Positions 27,191 through 39,372 of a stretch of DNA of 58,422 nt are shown here, one piece after another; position 1 is the first letter of the stretch, and each line of letters begins with the position of its first letter. Source of the DNA: Octopus bimaculoides. Taxonomy: Eukaryota. The stretch covers positions 25,909,044 to 25,967,465 of the forward strand of contig NC_068988.1 in assembly GCF_001194135.2 (NCBI RefSeq), read 5' to 3'. The notes under the pieces were generated by a model. It had not been told where the DNA came from and ran no database searches. It worked only from the letters and a program-made list of their open reading frames with translations. Both the position numbers and the translations under genes were made by a program.

Positions 27191-28092
27191 GGTTGAAAAT
27201 CTAGTGCAACTGTTATAAAGTACAGCAAAAACAAAACATGATGCCCTAATGTAGTACAAGGCAGTGATTCCCGTGGCTTTTGATCATAACTGTTTGGAAG
27301 AATTATCATCTGAATGTTTTGTCCTGATATAAAAGATGATCTACAGCAAATATTCTGCTCAATACCACACCTTTGCTTCTCAGTTGCTGGACCATAACCA
27401 GTTGAGCATGTTCTTTAGTGGTTTAAGGTATGTACATCCCTGATCACGAGAAATGGGGGTACATCGTAGGCATCTGCTGGAAGGAAATCTGTAAGTGTTG
27501 AATAGTTCACCCCTCGAAACATGGGATGTTTGCTTCATCATACTTAAATAACCATTTTTCAAGGGACTTTTGAGAGGGAAAATTTTACTTGGGTCCCACC
27601 TGCAAAGTCATGCACTGTTTATCTTGATATAAGTTCACCATGTCACACACATACGGTTGTGATGTGTTTGCTTGATGTGCCTGGCGGCGGGTATTCATAA
27701 TGGTATATTGAGCATGATATAATTATACCCCAGCTTCACTTTGATGTCATACGCTCCTCTCATTCATATGGTTTCTGCTCATGACATTTTTTTCAGTCTT
27801 ATAGTTTGCATTCATACAAAATTAATAGCAAACAACGAAACTAGAGATACTTAGCCAGACCACCGAAGCTACACAGGCAAGCTCCGTACGTCACATAATT
27901 TCAGAAATAAGTTGATATTGTTTTATGAAACCAGAACGCTAATCAGGGAAGTGAGGGAAATACGTAAACCTCTTGATGCTGGCATCTGACAGACTCATAA
28001 TGACGGAGACACACTGACACACACATTGAACTAGAGAAAAGGAGAAGAAAAAGCTAGAAAACTGTTTGAAATGGCCCTAAGTAAACAACTAT

Positions 28093-28227
28093 ATATACAT
28101 ACATACATACATACATACATACATACATACACACAAACATACATACAAACATAAATACATACATACGTATACACACACACACATACATACACACACATAC
28201 ATACATATACATACATACATACATACA
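28093..28227. repeat. (CATA)n/(CA)n microsatellite
   Basis: Directly visible. Confidence 0.95.
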
Positions 28228-31099
28228 NNNNNNNNNNNNNNNNNNNNNNNNNNNNNNNNNNNNNNNNNNNNNNNNNNNNNNNTATATATATATGTACGGT
28301 TTACGCACGCCTGTCAGATTACGACCAGCAGATGGAAAATCGATTACGAAATTAATGTGGCCTGATATTCCTGTCAGAGTAATAAGGCTTAGCTATGCTT
28401 TAAGACAATGGCTATTATTTAGTTAGTGCATCACATAAGAAGCATGTCATCTTAGAAGAACTCCACTCAGATGAAAGTATGAATCACCAGACAACGGATG
28501 GTCAATATGTTTAAAATCTATCTAAAAGTGAACTTGCTTTTGCGGACAGGCTTATATTGTGACAGCAAAATGACAATTACGCATGAGAAAATATGAACAG
28601 CTGTGTAGTTTTTCAGTCCACAGTAACACGCCAAAGAAATACACTTACATAAATCCTTGATTCGTAATGGCGGACTCAGATGTTTTGGTTGAGGAGGCAA
28701 AACCTAATTTGAACTGGACAAGAATCACGTACTTCTTATTTCTCATGAATAAAACACATATCCTTCTCCGAGCCCCAAATTTACTAACACATCGACAGGT
28801 TCAAATGCAAGCCCGTTTCAGGAAGGGCTTCTACAAAATTTAAGGTAGTCTTCAACTAGACAGCCAGTTAAGTAATATATGTAACGTTTTTATTATCTTT
28901 TTGTGCTTTCTTAATATAATGTTATGTTAGTTCGCTGTCAAACACACGTAACTCCACCTATTTCTACTCGCTGTTTAAAACTGTAGCTTGAGCCACACCA
29001 CACCGCAATACATACATACATACATACATACATACATACATACATACGTACATGTGTGTGTTTTTGTTTTTCATATAAGTATATCATGTGTATAGAGAGA
29101 GGAAAAGAGAGAGGAGGAGATATAGGACCATCTTCTGCAGAGATTCAGCCTGGAAAATTACACTCACAAATTATTGTTCCGTGGAAGAAGGATACAGTAG
29201 ATGCAATATTCCCAGGGAGGAACGTACCAGCATCGAATTTGGAACTATTTTGCTGAAAAATGAAATTTCACCGCCACTAAGGCATACTTAAACTCATGTG
29301 TATTGGAAACAACATCAGTAATTCGTTTTGGATTTGCAACAATTTAATAACTGAGAATTTTCTTGTGACTGCTCCAAATTCTTCGCTCTAAATTACTACT
29401 TCATACGCATATATTCTATGTTGATCACAATTAGCAATATGGTACCATTCATGCAGGAGCCAGATTAATAATATTCTTTAAAGATTAGTCTCTTCTTCAG
29501 ACCAAATATTGTGAAACGTACTTAACGTTATGTTTCACAGTGAAACAAAAGATATATTTTGAGGCACATACAAACACACAGATACATCCGTCCACACAGC
29601 GCACTTTCACTCCTCTATATACACATGCATATATGCATACATATATACACATGAATATATGCACACTCACTCACATACATATAGTAATAAAGATATAATG
29701 TCTAGCACAAATATAAGCAAACGCTTGAACCGCTCATAAAATGAAACAGGCGCAATAATGGGTCGTTCGTATGAGCTTTAAACAAAATTTATCATACGAT
29801 TCACCATATAATCTCTTTGATGGTAAACTTTATTGTAAACTGCACCGACAAGCAGTAATGCTAATAACATTAAAGCGTCCTAAATTTAAACGGAGTTATT
29901 ATCTGGTAAAACAATTTACTGAGCAGCTTGTGATATTTTTTATTTGTACTCAAAACCTACTACACTCGTGATAATTTCTCCCGTTTCATTAGAGCTTTCA
30001 TGTGGTCTTATTGACACTGTTACAATCCATATTGTTATTAATTTGATACTGCCAAATATAGAAATATTGTTATTCGGCAGAATTTCTTACATTTTTATGT
30101 ATTGGTAAGTGAGGAAGAATACAGTAAAATATTTCAGCAAGGTCAAATAATAAATGAATGCAAACAGAGAAATTATTTAAAAAAAAGGCTTCGAATTCAA
30201 ATCTGCAGAATAGTGAAAGAATAAATAAAATTCGAACGCCACTACTGTTGATATTTAATCAACGAGCGAAACATTATTATATGCATGTACTGGTTGAAAA
30301 AAAATGGGAGTGTTTTATTGAAATCATACCCGGAACGAAAATGCTAAACAATGAAAAAAAAAATCAATACCAGAGAGCATTTTCAAACAAGTGGCATCAA
30401 TCAACACATACATCAAAGTAATGATATAAAGCCTTAGGCAAAAGGCTCTCTAGCACACAACAATGGCATGATCTTTTCCCAACTTATCACACTAACTGCA
30501 TTTCCCCGAACGAGTAAAAACTACACAGCATAGTTATAATCAAACTACAAACGGCAACTGTTATATAAATAACATAGCAATATCTAAAGTAATTATTGAC
30601 TGCGCAATTCTGACGTGCTGTACTACCGAATGTTTAGATATACTAATACAATACATACACACGCGCACAGACATACACACACATATACAACACACACACA
30701 CGCGCGCGCACAAACATATACATGCCTTATAGTACATCGCATGAAATGGTATATTCATTACATACATTAACAACACTTCCTTAAATTCTGTTGATTGCCA
30801 AGTACATCACATATATGTTAAACGTAAAATCTAGCAACAAGATGGTAGACAGCATTATAAATACAAACAAGTCAGGAAATGAAACATTTGGCACTCCAGA
30901 GGAGATTGGATGTTGCTTTTTTTAAAAGATAGTAAACGGCCAACCAACCAGAGAATTCATACTTCTTTATCAGGAATATTTTTCAAAATTGTAATTTCCC
31001 TTTATTTTTCGTTGGCCTAATCTTTCCCTATAAACGTTAACAAGTTAACCTTTCTATTGCGATCACATCCTTCAATACACTGATGAATACGCAGCTCAT

Positions 31100-31192
31100 C
31101 AACGGCGAGCAAACCACAGCACATACCCAAGGCGCACAGAGCTGCGCTCGGTAGTGAAGTGAAAGCACGTTATAAAAATAAAACTACTGAAC

Positions 31193-31230
<38 letters not shown>

Positions 31231-31324
31231 CAACAACAATAACAACAACAACAACAACATCAACAATAATAATAATAACAACAACAACAACAACAACGAC
31301 GACGACAACAACAACAACAACAAC

Positions 31325-31381
<57 letters not shown>
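31100..31381 (+). mobile_element. Severely 5'-truncated LINE 3' end with (AAT/AAC)n tail and TSD
   Basis: About 90 bp of unique sequence with stem-loop GCGCA-CAGAGC-TGCGC, then a compound (AAT)n(AAC)n tail; flanked by AATACGCAG[C/G]TCAT at 31086-31099 and 31382-31395. Confidence 0.7.
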
Positions 31382-31386
<5 letters not shown>

Positions 31387-31874
31387 GCAGGTCATTCATA
31401 TGAAATGAAAAAAAAATTCGAGTGGTTCCTTGGTTTACGGCGCCAGTAAAAATAGCCACGTGTTTTTCATTAAAGTGTCAAATGTCAAAACATCTTGATA
31501 TAAGCAAATTCATCTTATATTCTTCTTATTTATGAATTCACAGAATCTCTCTCGTTCTCGATCTCCCCCTAGGCTTCCAGTGGTATCTCCGTCTTCATTC
31601 TTCCATTGAAATTACAACTAACGAATTCTCTACCATTTCCTGTTCACTATGTCCAGTCGTTCATAAACTTAGGGCAAAGAGAGATCACCATGCTTTGTAC
31701 GACGAATATTTTCTTGGGGGTGCTAGAGCACTTCTCTTCTCAACATTTCAGATTAATAGGTGATACGTTTTTATATTTCCACCTCTATCTCTTTCACTCT
31801 TTTCTCCTTATTGAGTCGTGTGCGCGTACACGTGCACATGAGTGTGCGTAAAACATCTTTATTGTGAAGAATGT

Positions 31875-32086
31875 ATTATATCAATTATTGCACTTCTTCT
31901 GTGGGCATGCTGGAGCACAGCCTCTAGTCGAGCAAATCGATCCCAGTACTTATTCTTAGTAAGCCTAGTACTTATTCTATCGTTTCCTTTTGGCGTATCG
32001 CTAAGTTACAGGGACGTAAACACACCAGCATCTGTAGTCAAGCGATGTTGGGCGGCGGACAAACACAGACACACAAACACACACAC

Positions 32087-32143
<57 letters not shown>

Positions 32144-32148
32144 TACAT
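31875..32148 (-). mobile_element. SINE family A 3' half ending in its internal (CA)n
   Basis: CATGCTGGAGCACAGCC...AGCCTAGTACTTATTCTATCG...GTCAAGCGATGTTGGGCGGCGGACAAACACAGACAC(AC)n. Confidence 0.85.
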
Positions 32149-32533
32149 GTAAAACTGGTGTATACCAAATTAATTAGTCTACGTACTTAAGTGTTTGTTA
32201 TGTGTACTTAGTCAGATATAGTGCAATATGTACTTACCCGGATATAATCCAACATGTTTCATGAGTATTATTAGTTACTCGGGTGTAGTCTAGAGTTTCG
32301 TCAGTGTGGCGAGCGTGTTTATACATGTTGTGCGAGTGACGGAGGTGACACGCAGTTAAAATACATAGTTTCATTCGCAAAACAGAAATAAATTGTAATG
32401 AGTATTACTTACTCGGATATACTCCTGCACGTTGTCAGTTATTTTAATCTCCATTTGTTGTCTTTATCACCGCTGTTTTTGGATATATTTCGGCGCAATA
32501 TTTTATCGCTCTCACATGTTAAGCGTCCCCGGT

Positions 32534-32605
32534 ATATTATTATTATCATTATTATTATTATTATCATTATTATTCTTCTTCTTCTTATTATTATTATTAT
32601 TATTG
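32534..32605. repeat. (ATT)n/(CTT)n microsatellite
   Basis: Directly visible. Confidence 0.9.
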
Positions 32606-32746
32606 GAATTTTGCGTCTAGTGCCAGGTCACATGTGAAATAAACTAAACGTTTATATAAAGCACTACCTCAGCAGATTTGCAAAAAGAAATAACAGTAAA
32701 ACGTGACTGGTTTCGTTCGCTTTACCCCAAGGAAACTGATAGGTTT

Positions 32747-32978
32747 AGGGCGGTGAGCTGGCATAAACGTTAGCACGCCGGGCGAAATGTTTAGCGGTAT
32801 TTCGTCTGCCGTTACATTCTGAGTTCAAATTCCGCCGAAGTCGACTTTGCCTTTCATCCTTTCGGGGTCGATAAATTAAGTACCAGTTACGCACTGGATT
32901 CGATGTAATCGAATTAAACCCTTTTTCCATCCTTGTTTGTCCCCTCTTTGTTTAGCCCCTTGTGGGCAACAAAGAAAT
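32747..32978 (+). mobile_element. SINE family B, full length, 17-bp TSD
   Basis: GGCGGTGAGCTGGC, B box GAGTTCAAATT, GACTTTGCCTTTCATCCTTTCGGGGTCGATAAATTAAGTACCAG; exact TSD AGGAAACTGATAGGTTT at 32730-32746 and 32979-32995. Confidence 0.95.
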
Positions 32979-35924
32979 AGGAAACTGATAGGTTTGGTTA
33001 TCCCAGTAATATTTGAACATTTTGTGCAAACATTTTGTCCGACATCGAAGGATCGCGTCTGAAATATAATTTATGCTGTTGTTTCCTTGCATTCTAATTT
33101 CTTCAATATGGAGAAATACAATCGGAGAAATCGATACTATTAATAGTCTGGGCAACAATGTGTATTAATATTTTCGAATCATTTATTAAAATGTAGGTGT
33201 AGTTAGCTTATCATGTACACTCCTAGATTCTTTTCACCGTGAATGTTAGCACAAATCTCAACAGCATAATAGAATTCGCAGGGCTTTCAAGTAACAACCA
33301 ATAAGCATTCCTTCAAAGACAAAATGAAAATAGAAATATTTCGAACGACAATATTTTCTAAAAGTACCTTACTTGTTAAATGACGAAGGCATTTCATTTT
33401 CATGTACATATTTAATTAGCACACTGCTTTGAAAACATAGAACTACAATATTTATAAACAGTATCATTTCATGATATTTCAAGGAGTAATTTCATGAAAT
33501 GTTCATTCACTGTAGTATTATGTAACAATAAAATGCGCTAGAAGGATTACAAATCTCTCAATTTATATCTGAAATAGCATTACACTACGCATTCAAAGAT
33601 TTAAAACGTGTGCTGCTAACTCTAGAAAAACCTCTGGATACTGTAGAGATCAAGAGATTTTAAAATATATTTCAATATATTTCTATATATACCATTTCTA
33701 TATTTAGGCTTGATTCAAAAATTATTAAACATGAAAAATGTATTATGGAAATATTACCCGGTGGAATACGAGAGTTTGAATAAATGGATGGTCGAAATTA
33801 ATGTCCTATTTAGATGAAGTTCCACATGAAATTTGTTCGCAGTATTAAAGCCTGAAATAAAAGAATGTATAAATTTACAAATAGACGATATGTACTGCCA
33901 ATCAAAAAATTCCGGCTTATCATAAGAGGAAGCTTCTTATATTAAGTGTCAATTGTATCATAAAATAACTACCAGCCGTGAAATATTTCCCCCGAAAACA
34001 ATTTTTTTAAATCGGCTTTCATCTCTTTCCTATGCCAAAATTATCAGAAAATAGAAGTTGCCAGCGTTAAACATAATGAATCAGCAGAATTTTTCAGTGA
34101 GGAAGATTAAGTTGTTTTAAATTTTGATAATTCCAACAAAATATACGCCTTTAATTAATGAAGAACACATGTCCCTAAAAACATTTACTTTTCATTAAAT
34201 TTTATTTATGTATGAGAGATTATGAGCAAATCTCTTAACTGGCTCCCCTCTTTCTATCTACATTTAGATAGAGTGAATATTATTATTTTACCTTTTAAAA
34301 GATATAAATTCATAATGCAATTGTTTGTTGCTCAGAGACATAATTAGTACGCTGGAGAGATGACATTATTTTTCTGTTTAGGAAGTCGCTTTGACTGAAT
34401 CTATTGCATATTTACGCTAAAGATAGATTTTAAAGAGCCTTAAGGTTTTCGCTTAAATATATATATGTATGAGACATCGTCAAAAATTATATCACATTCG
34501 ATACTACGCGTGAATATACTGTATATTTGGTCGTCTAATATATTAATATTTCTAACGCGAATAAAAAGACGCTGAACTAAATTTGTAATTCAATTTCATA
34601 ACTTAACTGTAGAACAAAATGCATCAGCATTCCTTTCGTTATTACAACTCGAAAGAATAAGCACGGCACCGATATTCATTGCGATATCGGACAAGATTAG
34701 CTCGAGAATAAAGTGCCTAATGGATGTTTTTGTGCTTAATATTCCATTTCACATCGGGTCCGGTTCTGTAAACATATTGATATATCTATATCTAAATATA
34801 CAAATATCTCGAAGCAAACTAGGAATTTTGTTATATGAAATAGAATTTGTTTCGTCATTTGACGACAAATGGCATGATATATTGCTTATGTTAAATACAG
34901 TGACACACGAGTATTTACGTGTTTTGACGATCACATACAGAGTTAAAGAACAAAAGAGCTTCCAATCAATCATAAATATAATAAACTGATTGAATTATGC
35001 TACGTATGTTTATAAATTTAGCGTCGCTGTTTGAAAATGCCCACAAGCTAGCAAGTATATAGTTGATAAACAGGGATAATGACAGGAATACAGAAAGAGT
35101 ATTTAAATGATGTTCCTTTTAGAATTCAGCATACTCTAAGTGGCAAGCAAATAATTAGGAACGATCTTAACATTAACATTTCAAAATCATACGCAAACAT
35201 CTTTTTATATCACATCACATAGATTTACAGCATATGCACACACGTCATGTACCGTTCCTCCAAAGTATTCTTAAGGTTCTAAATTCTTTATTGAACCATC
35301 ACAACATGAGGTTAAATTTTGTAAAAGTACACATCACATGTGACCTAGACATGTGATCTGCACGTTACATAAACGTATAGACCATAAGATATTATTTCAT
35401 ATTTCGATATAATGACACTTATTAATGTTATCGCATAGGGTAATTTTCAATGTATTCGTGAAAGAACTAAATATAGTATTCATTTATAGTAAAAAACAAA
35501 ATATATTCTTCATTTATCCTAAAAAATTATCAAGCGTAAACATATTAATAACAATCGCACGACAGGTGTTTATTTTCTGAAAGGAAACAAAAGGCAAATG
35601 TCTGCTTGAGGTTTACGTGCACATGATATGTGAAAATTTAAACTAACATTTCATCGGTATTATGACGTGTAAAAAAACAATTATGGAAAGAAATCCATTA
35701 TATAACTTACAACATGCAAAATTAATACATTTATTCAGAAGTTGATTAAGCATTGTGACAAAAATAACCTTCTGTGCGATACTTCCGGATTTATAAATGT
35801 GCTAAAAAGGGTAATAAATGAACCATATATCGTATGAATATCACTGGTTATTCAAGTTGCCTAAAATAGACTCCGATGTTACATCAACTGACACACTGTG
35901 ATCTTAAAGTTAGTAAAGACAGGC

Positions 35925-36130
35925 ATGGCATTCCTTGATACAAGAGGAAGAGCGAGTTAGTATCGAGAACAAAATACAAGTAGAAATATACAGGAGTACT
36001 GATAACATATCAGGACATTCTGCTACTCAGTCAGACAGGCATCCATCAGAAAAAAAATAAATATATAATATTTATAGCAAAGGTACAGTCCTTTACTTGC
36101 GTCTTCAAACGCTACTAAAATGTGTTCTGA
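35925..36130 (+). mobile_element. Penelope-like RT C-terminal (thumb) fragment, decayed
   Basis: MAFLD, frameshift, RVSIENKIQVEIYRSTDN...HPSEKK*IYNIYSKG..LRL, resembling the PLE FLD...T.+YRK.T....YL...S.HP...K..I.YS...R consensus. Confidence 0.5.
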
Positions 36131-36442
36131 ACTAAAAAGCTGTTACCACACCAATTAAACCTATTTAACACACTTTTCGATCCTTTATATGTATTTATCT
36201 GATACATTAGGTTAGCCTTATATACTGCTAACCAGTTATTCCCTAAATTTCACCTAAAATGCGAAACACTACAATTCCTGGATGGGTTTTGTTAAACCCG
36301 AGACGCTGAGCAACGGAAATTAAATTCAAATTTAACCAAAATTATGAAAAATTGTAGAGAATACGAATGTAGACCTTCGGCAGCTGAAAATTCATGAAGA
36401 TGAATCATATCTGTGTATGTATATATGTGTATGCGTGCGTGT

Positions 36443-36554
36443 GCGCGGGGGTGCGTGGGCGCGTGGGTGGGTGTGCGCGGGTGTGCGTGTCCGCGGGTGT
36501 GCGTGTCCGCCGGGGTGCGTGTGCGCGGGTGTGCGTGTGCGCGGGTTTGCGTGT
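36443..36554. repeat. GC-rich 16-bp minisatellite, 7 units (consensus GCGCGGGTGTGCGTGT)
   Basis: Units start at 36443, 36459, 36475, 36491, 36507, 36523, 36539. Confidence 0.9.
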
Positions 36555-36987
36555 GCATGTGTATGCATGTGTGTGTACATATTCATGCATATATATGGGT
36601 GTGTATATGTATGTATGTATGTGTAGTCGAACGTTTACGATCAGCGCAAACGTTCCATGATAATTTATAAGAAGTAAAAAACACAAAATTATCCATGTAT
36701 CGGAGTAAACGGACAATTCGCAAACATATTTCTAAACGCATATACATAAAGGAAAACACATTGAGTATATGCCATATAAAGGATTTCATATCTTTTGTCT
36801 GAACCTCAAAATATAAATATTTGCTTGTACATAGATATTATATATGTGTATATATANNNNNNNNNNNNNNNNNNNNNNNNNNNNNNNNNNNNNNNNNNNN
36901 NNNNNNNNNNNNNNNNNNNNNNNNNNNNNNNNNNNNNNNNNNNNNNNNNNNNNNNNNNNNNNNNNNNNNNNNNNNNNNNNNNNNNNN

Positions 36988-37041
<54 letters not shown>

Positions 37042-38574
37042 GCAGACATATACACACATATATATATATATGCATACGTATATGTATATGGAAGTGTATG
37101 TATGCATGGATTCTTTGAAGCTAAGGTCACTATGCCACTTCTCTTAACGAATAAACTTTACTACACACCCACAGACATACACACACAGACACGCACATAC
37201 AAACACATACACGTATATATATATATATATCAGTATATGTCTGCGTGTATGCGTATGTATGTATGTATGAACGTATTATATTAATGTATGCGAATGCCTT
37301 TGTAGATATATGTCCCAATGTATATGCATATCTTTGTATATATTTAAATTTTTTATATACCTATATGCGCCTATAAAATCATTTTCTCCACTGAACAATC
37401 AATAGTTCTTCGATTTTCTAACTTACTGCAATCTCACAAAGTAGAGTTTGTAGAGAATGGAATATACATTATAGAAGCAGTTACCTTTGATCGACACCGG
37501 TTACATGTTTTCTTTTCTTTCATTGTTATTTATTATTTCATTTGCTCCGTGTCTGTTTTTCTCTCTGCGTAATAATCTGCCATTTCGCGCCAATACTTCT
37601 AACGGAATTCGAAGCAATCAAATCCACCTCTTATGTGTAGCTTTTATTTATTTGCTTTAATTCTTAATTTTATTTTTTTATTTATTTTTGGTGCCTATAT
37701 TCTAATCCAAACTACAATTTCTAATATTCTGCAAATATATGTGTTCAACGTACAGAAATAATATATGATGTAGTACGTAGAATGAATATGATATGACAGA
37801 AAGTGGAATGAATTTTTTTTTCAAAGAGCAATACTCAAAATGGATACGAAATTGTAAGTGTTCAGAGGTCTAATATTGAAATCTTCAGAATTGGATTGGA
37901 GAGGGTATCATTATGACATATGTAAAAAAATAAACGTACGAATATTCAAAAATGGTAGAAAATTACTGTTGCCGTAATAAAACAGTTGGCGGTGTATGTC
38001 GTGTTCCAGATGCTTGTAAGTTAGTAAAGAGGTGTTCGTTGAAATAACAGGAAACTCATCAGAGAAAAGAAAGAAAAAGTGGGGCTATTAAATGTGAATG
38101 AGTGAAATATTAACATGAACATCATTACGACCACCAATATTTCAGTGACAAATGATTTCATAAATGACGTTAACAAAGATCATCAAGACCAACATCGACA
38201 GAATAAAAACCGATGCTACCCTAAGCACCACCACCACCACCACCACAAAGAGCGATAACGTAATCAATATAAAAATGAGAAACATCCACACATTCCTACC
38301 ATGATATAATTCATCATAGAGTGCAGGAAATAAGACAAAAAGAAAATGCAAGAGAATATTTAAAACAGTCAAGGTTAGGTTCAAGGTTAGGTGGCATTGT
38401 TTGACAGTGATAGGATAATTAAGTACCAATAGATTACAGATAAAGAAATAACTGAGATATTTCGAGAATTGCAGGATATTGTCATCTGAATTAATATATT
38501 CAATATATTAATGTCAAAAATAGCCACATATACACGCATAGATGTGGATGCGCATATACATACGTATATCTATC

Positions 38575-38592
38575 TATCTATCCATCCATCCA

Positions 38593-38672
<80 letters not shown>
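38575..38672. repeat. Compound microsatellite (CTAT)n(CCAT)n(CT)n(AT)n
   Basis: Directly visible. Confidence 0.95.
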
Positions 38673-38677
<5 letters not shown>

Positions 38678-38891
38678 CTTTTGCCTGATTCAATCATTTT
38701 GACTGCAACAATGCTGGAGACCCAATGTATATGTGTGCATATATTCCGCGCAAGGTAAGCTTGTTTCTGCTATATTCGTTGCATTACCCGTGTGTATTTT
38801 AATAGTGATTTATTGGTGGTTTTGGAGCGATGGCTCTAGTTATAGCAAGTGGTATTTAAATACCCTACTAATTCTAAATTTAATATATATA

Positions 38892-39290
38892 CAGGGTGGG
38901 TAAGGTATCTGAGGACAGATTTATGTTTATAAAAATACACCTATATGATAACAGATAATACATTTATTTATCAAAAAATTCTATGAGGATAAAAAATAAA
39001 CCTTATTTTCTATAATGGTATTCACTGAAGCCACCTTAGGCTTCAACAACTGCTTCTCTATGAGATCTAAATCATCAACATGTTCGAATCAAGTGGTTCT
39101 GATTTCAATGGTTCTGGTTTCAATGGCAGCTTTCAAAGAAACTTTGGTGTTATGCGCGTGTTCATTGACCGGTCTTTCAACAACACTCCACATGTAATAG
39201 TCCAATGGATTGAGAACTGGGGAATTAGGAGGAAAAATTTTAGGGGTTATGTGATCGTGAAAATCTTCAGCCAACCATTCCTGTGCAAAA
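38892..39290 (-). mobile_element. Tc1/mariner (maT-like) 3' fragment, same family as 3350-3798
   Basis: QEWLAEDFHDHITPKIFPPNSPVLNPLDYYMWSVVERPVNEHAHNTKVSLKAAI; TA then TIR CAGGGTGGGTAAGGTATCTGAGGACA at 38892; internal 15-bp tandem duplication near 39094-39123. Confidence 0.9.
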
Positions 39291-39317
39291 CACTTCATTA
39301 AAAGTGGAGATATATAC

Positions 39318-39372
39318 GCCATGGAAACCGGGAAACCGGCCGTATGAGTCCATATGACTCGGTAAAGAATTA
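39318..39372 (+). mobile_element. SINE family C-related 3' tail fragment
   Basis: GCCATGGAAACCGGGAAACCGG matches the minus strand of 24435-24470; terminal hairpin GAGTC-CATAT-GACTC. Confidence 0.55.

Noticed and set aside
31099-31459. Poly-Leu/Ile/Val ORFs, and similar YI/HT/CV-rich ORFs throughout
   Set aside because: Translations of microsatellites or of N runs.
32256-32304. Minus-strand CTGACGA and GAAAC within 50 nt, in a region with short imperfect repeats
   Set aside because: No stem II or stem I can be closed in canonical register; not counted among the hammerhead relics.
3798-38892. Two maT TIRs as ends of a 35-kb composite transposon
   Set aside because: Both are 3' ends facing each other, so the intervening DNA is outside both elements, and both are decayed.
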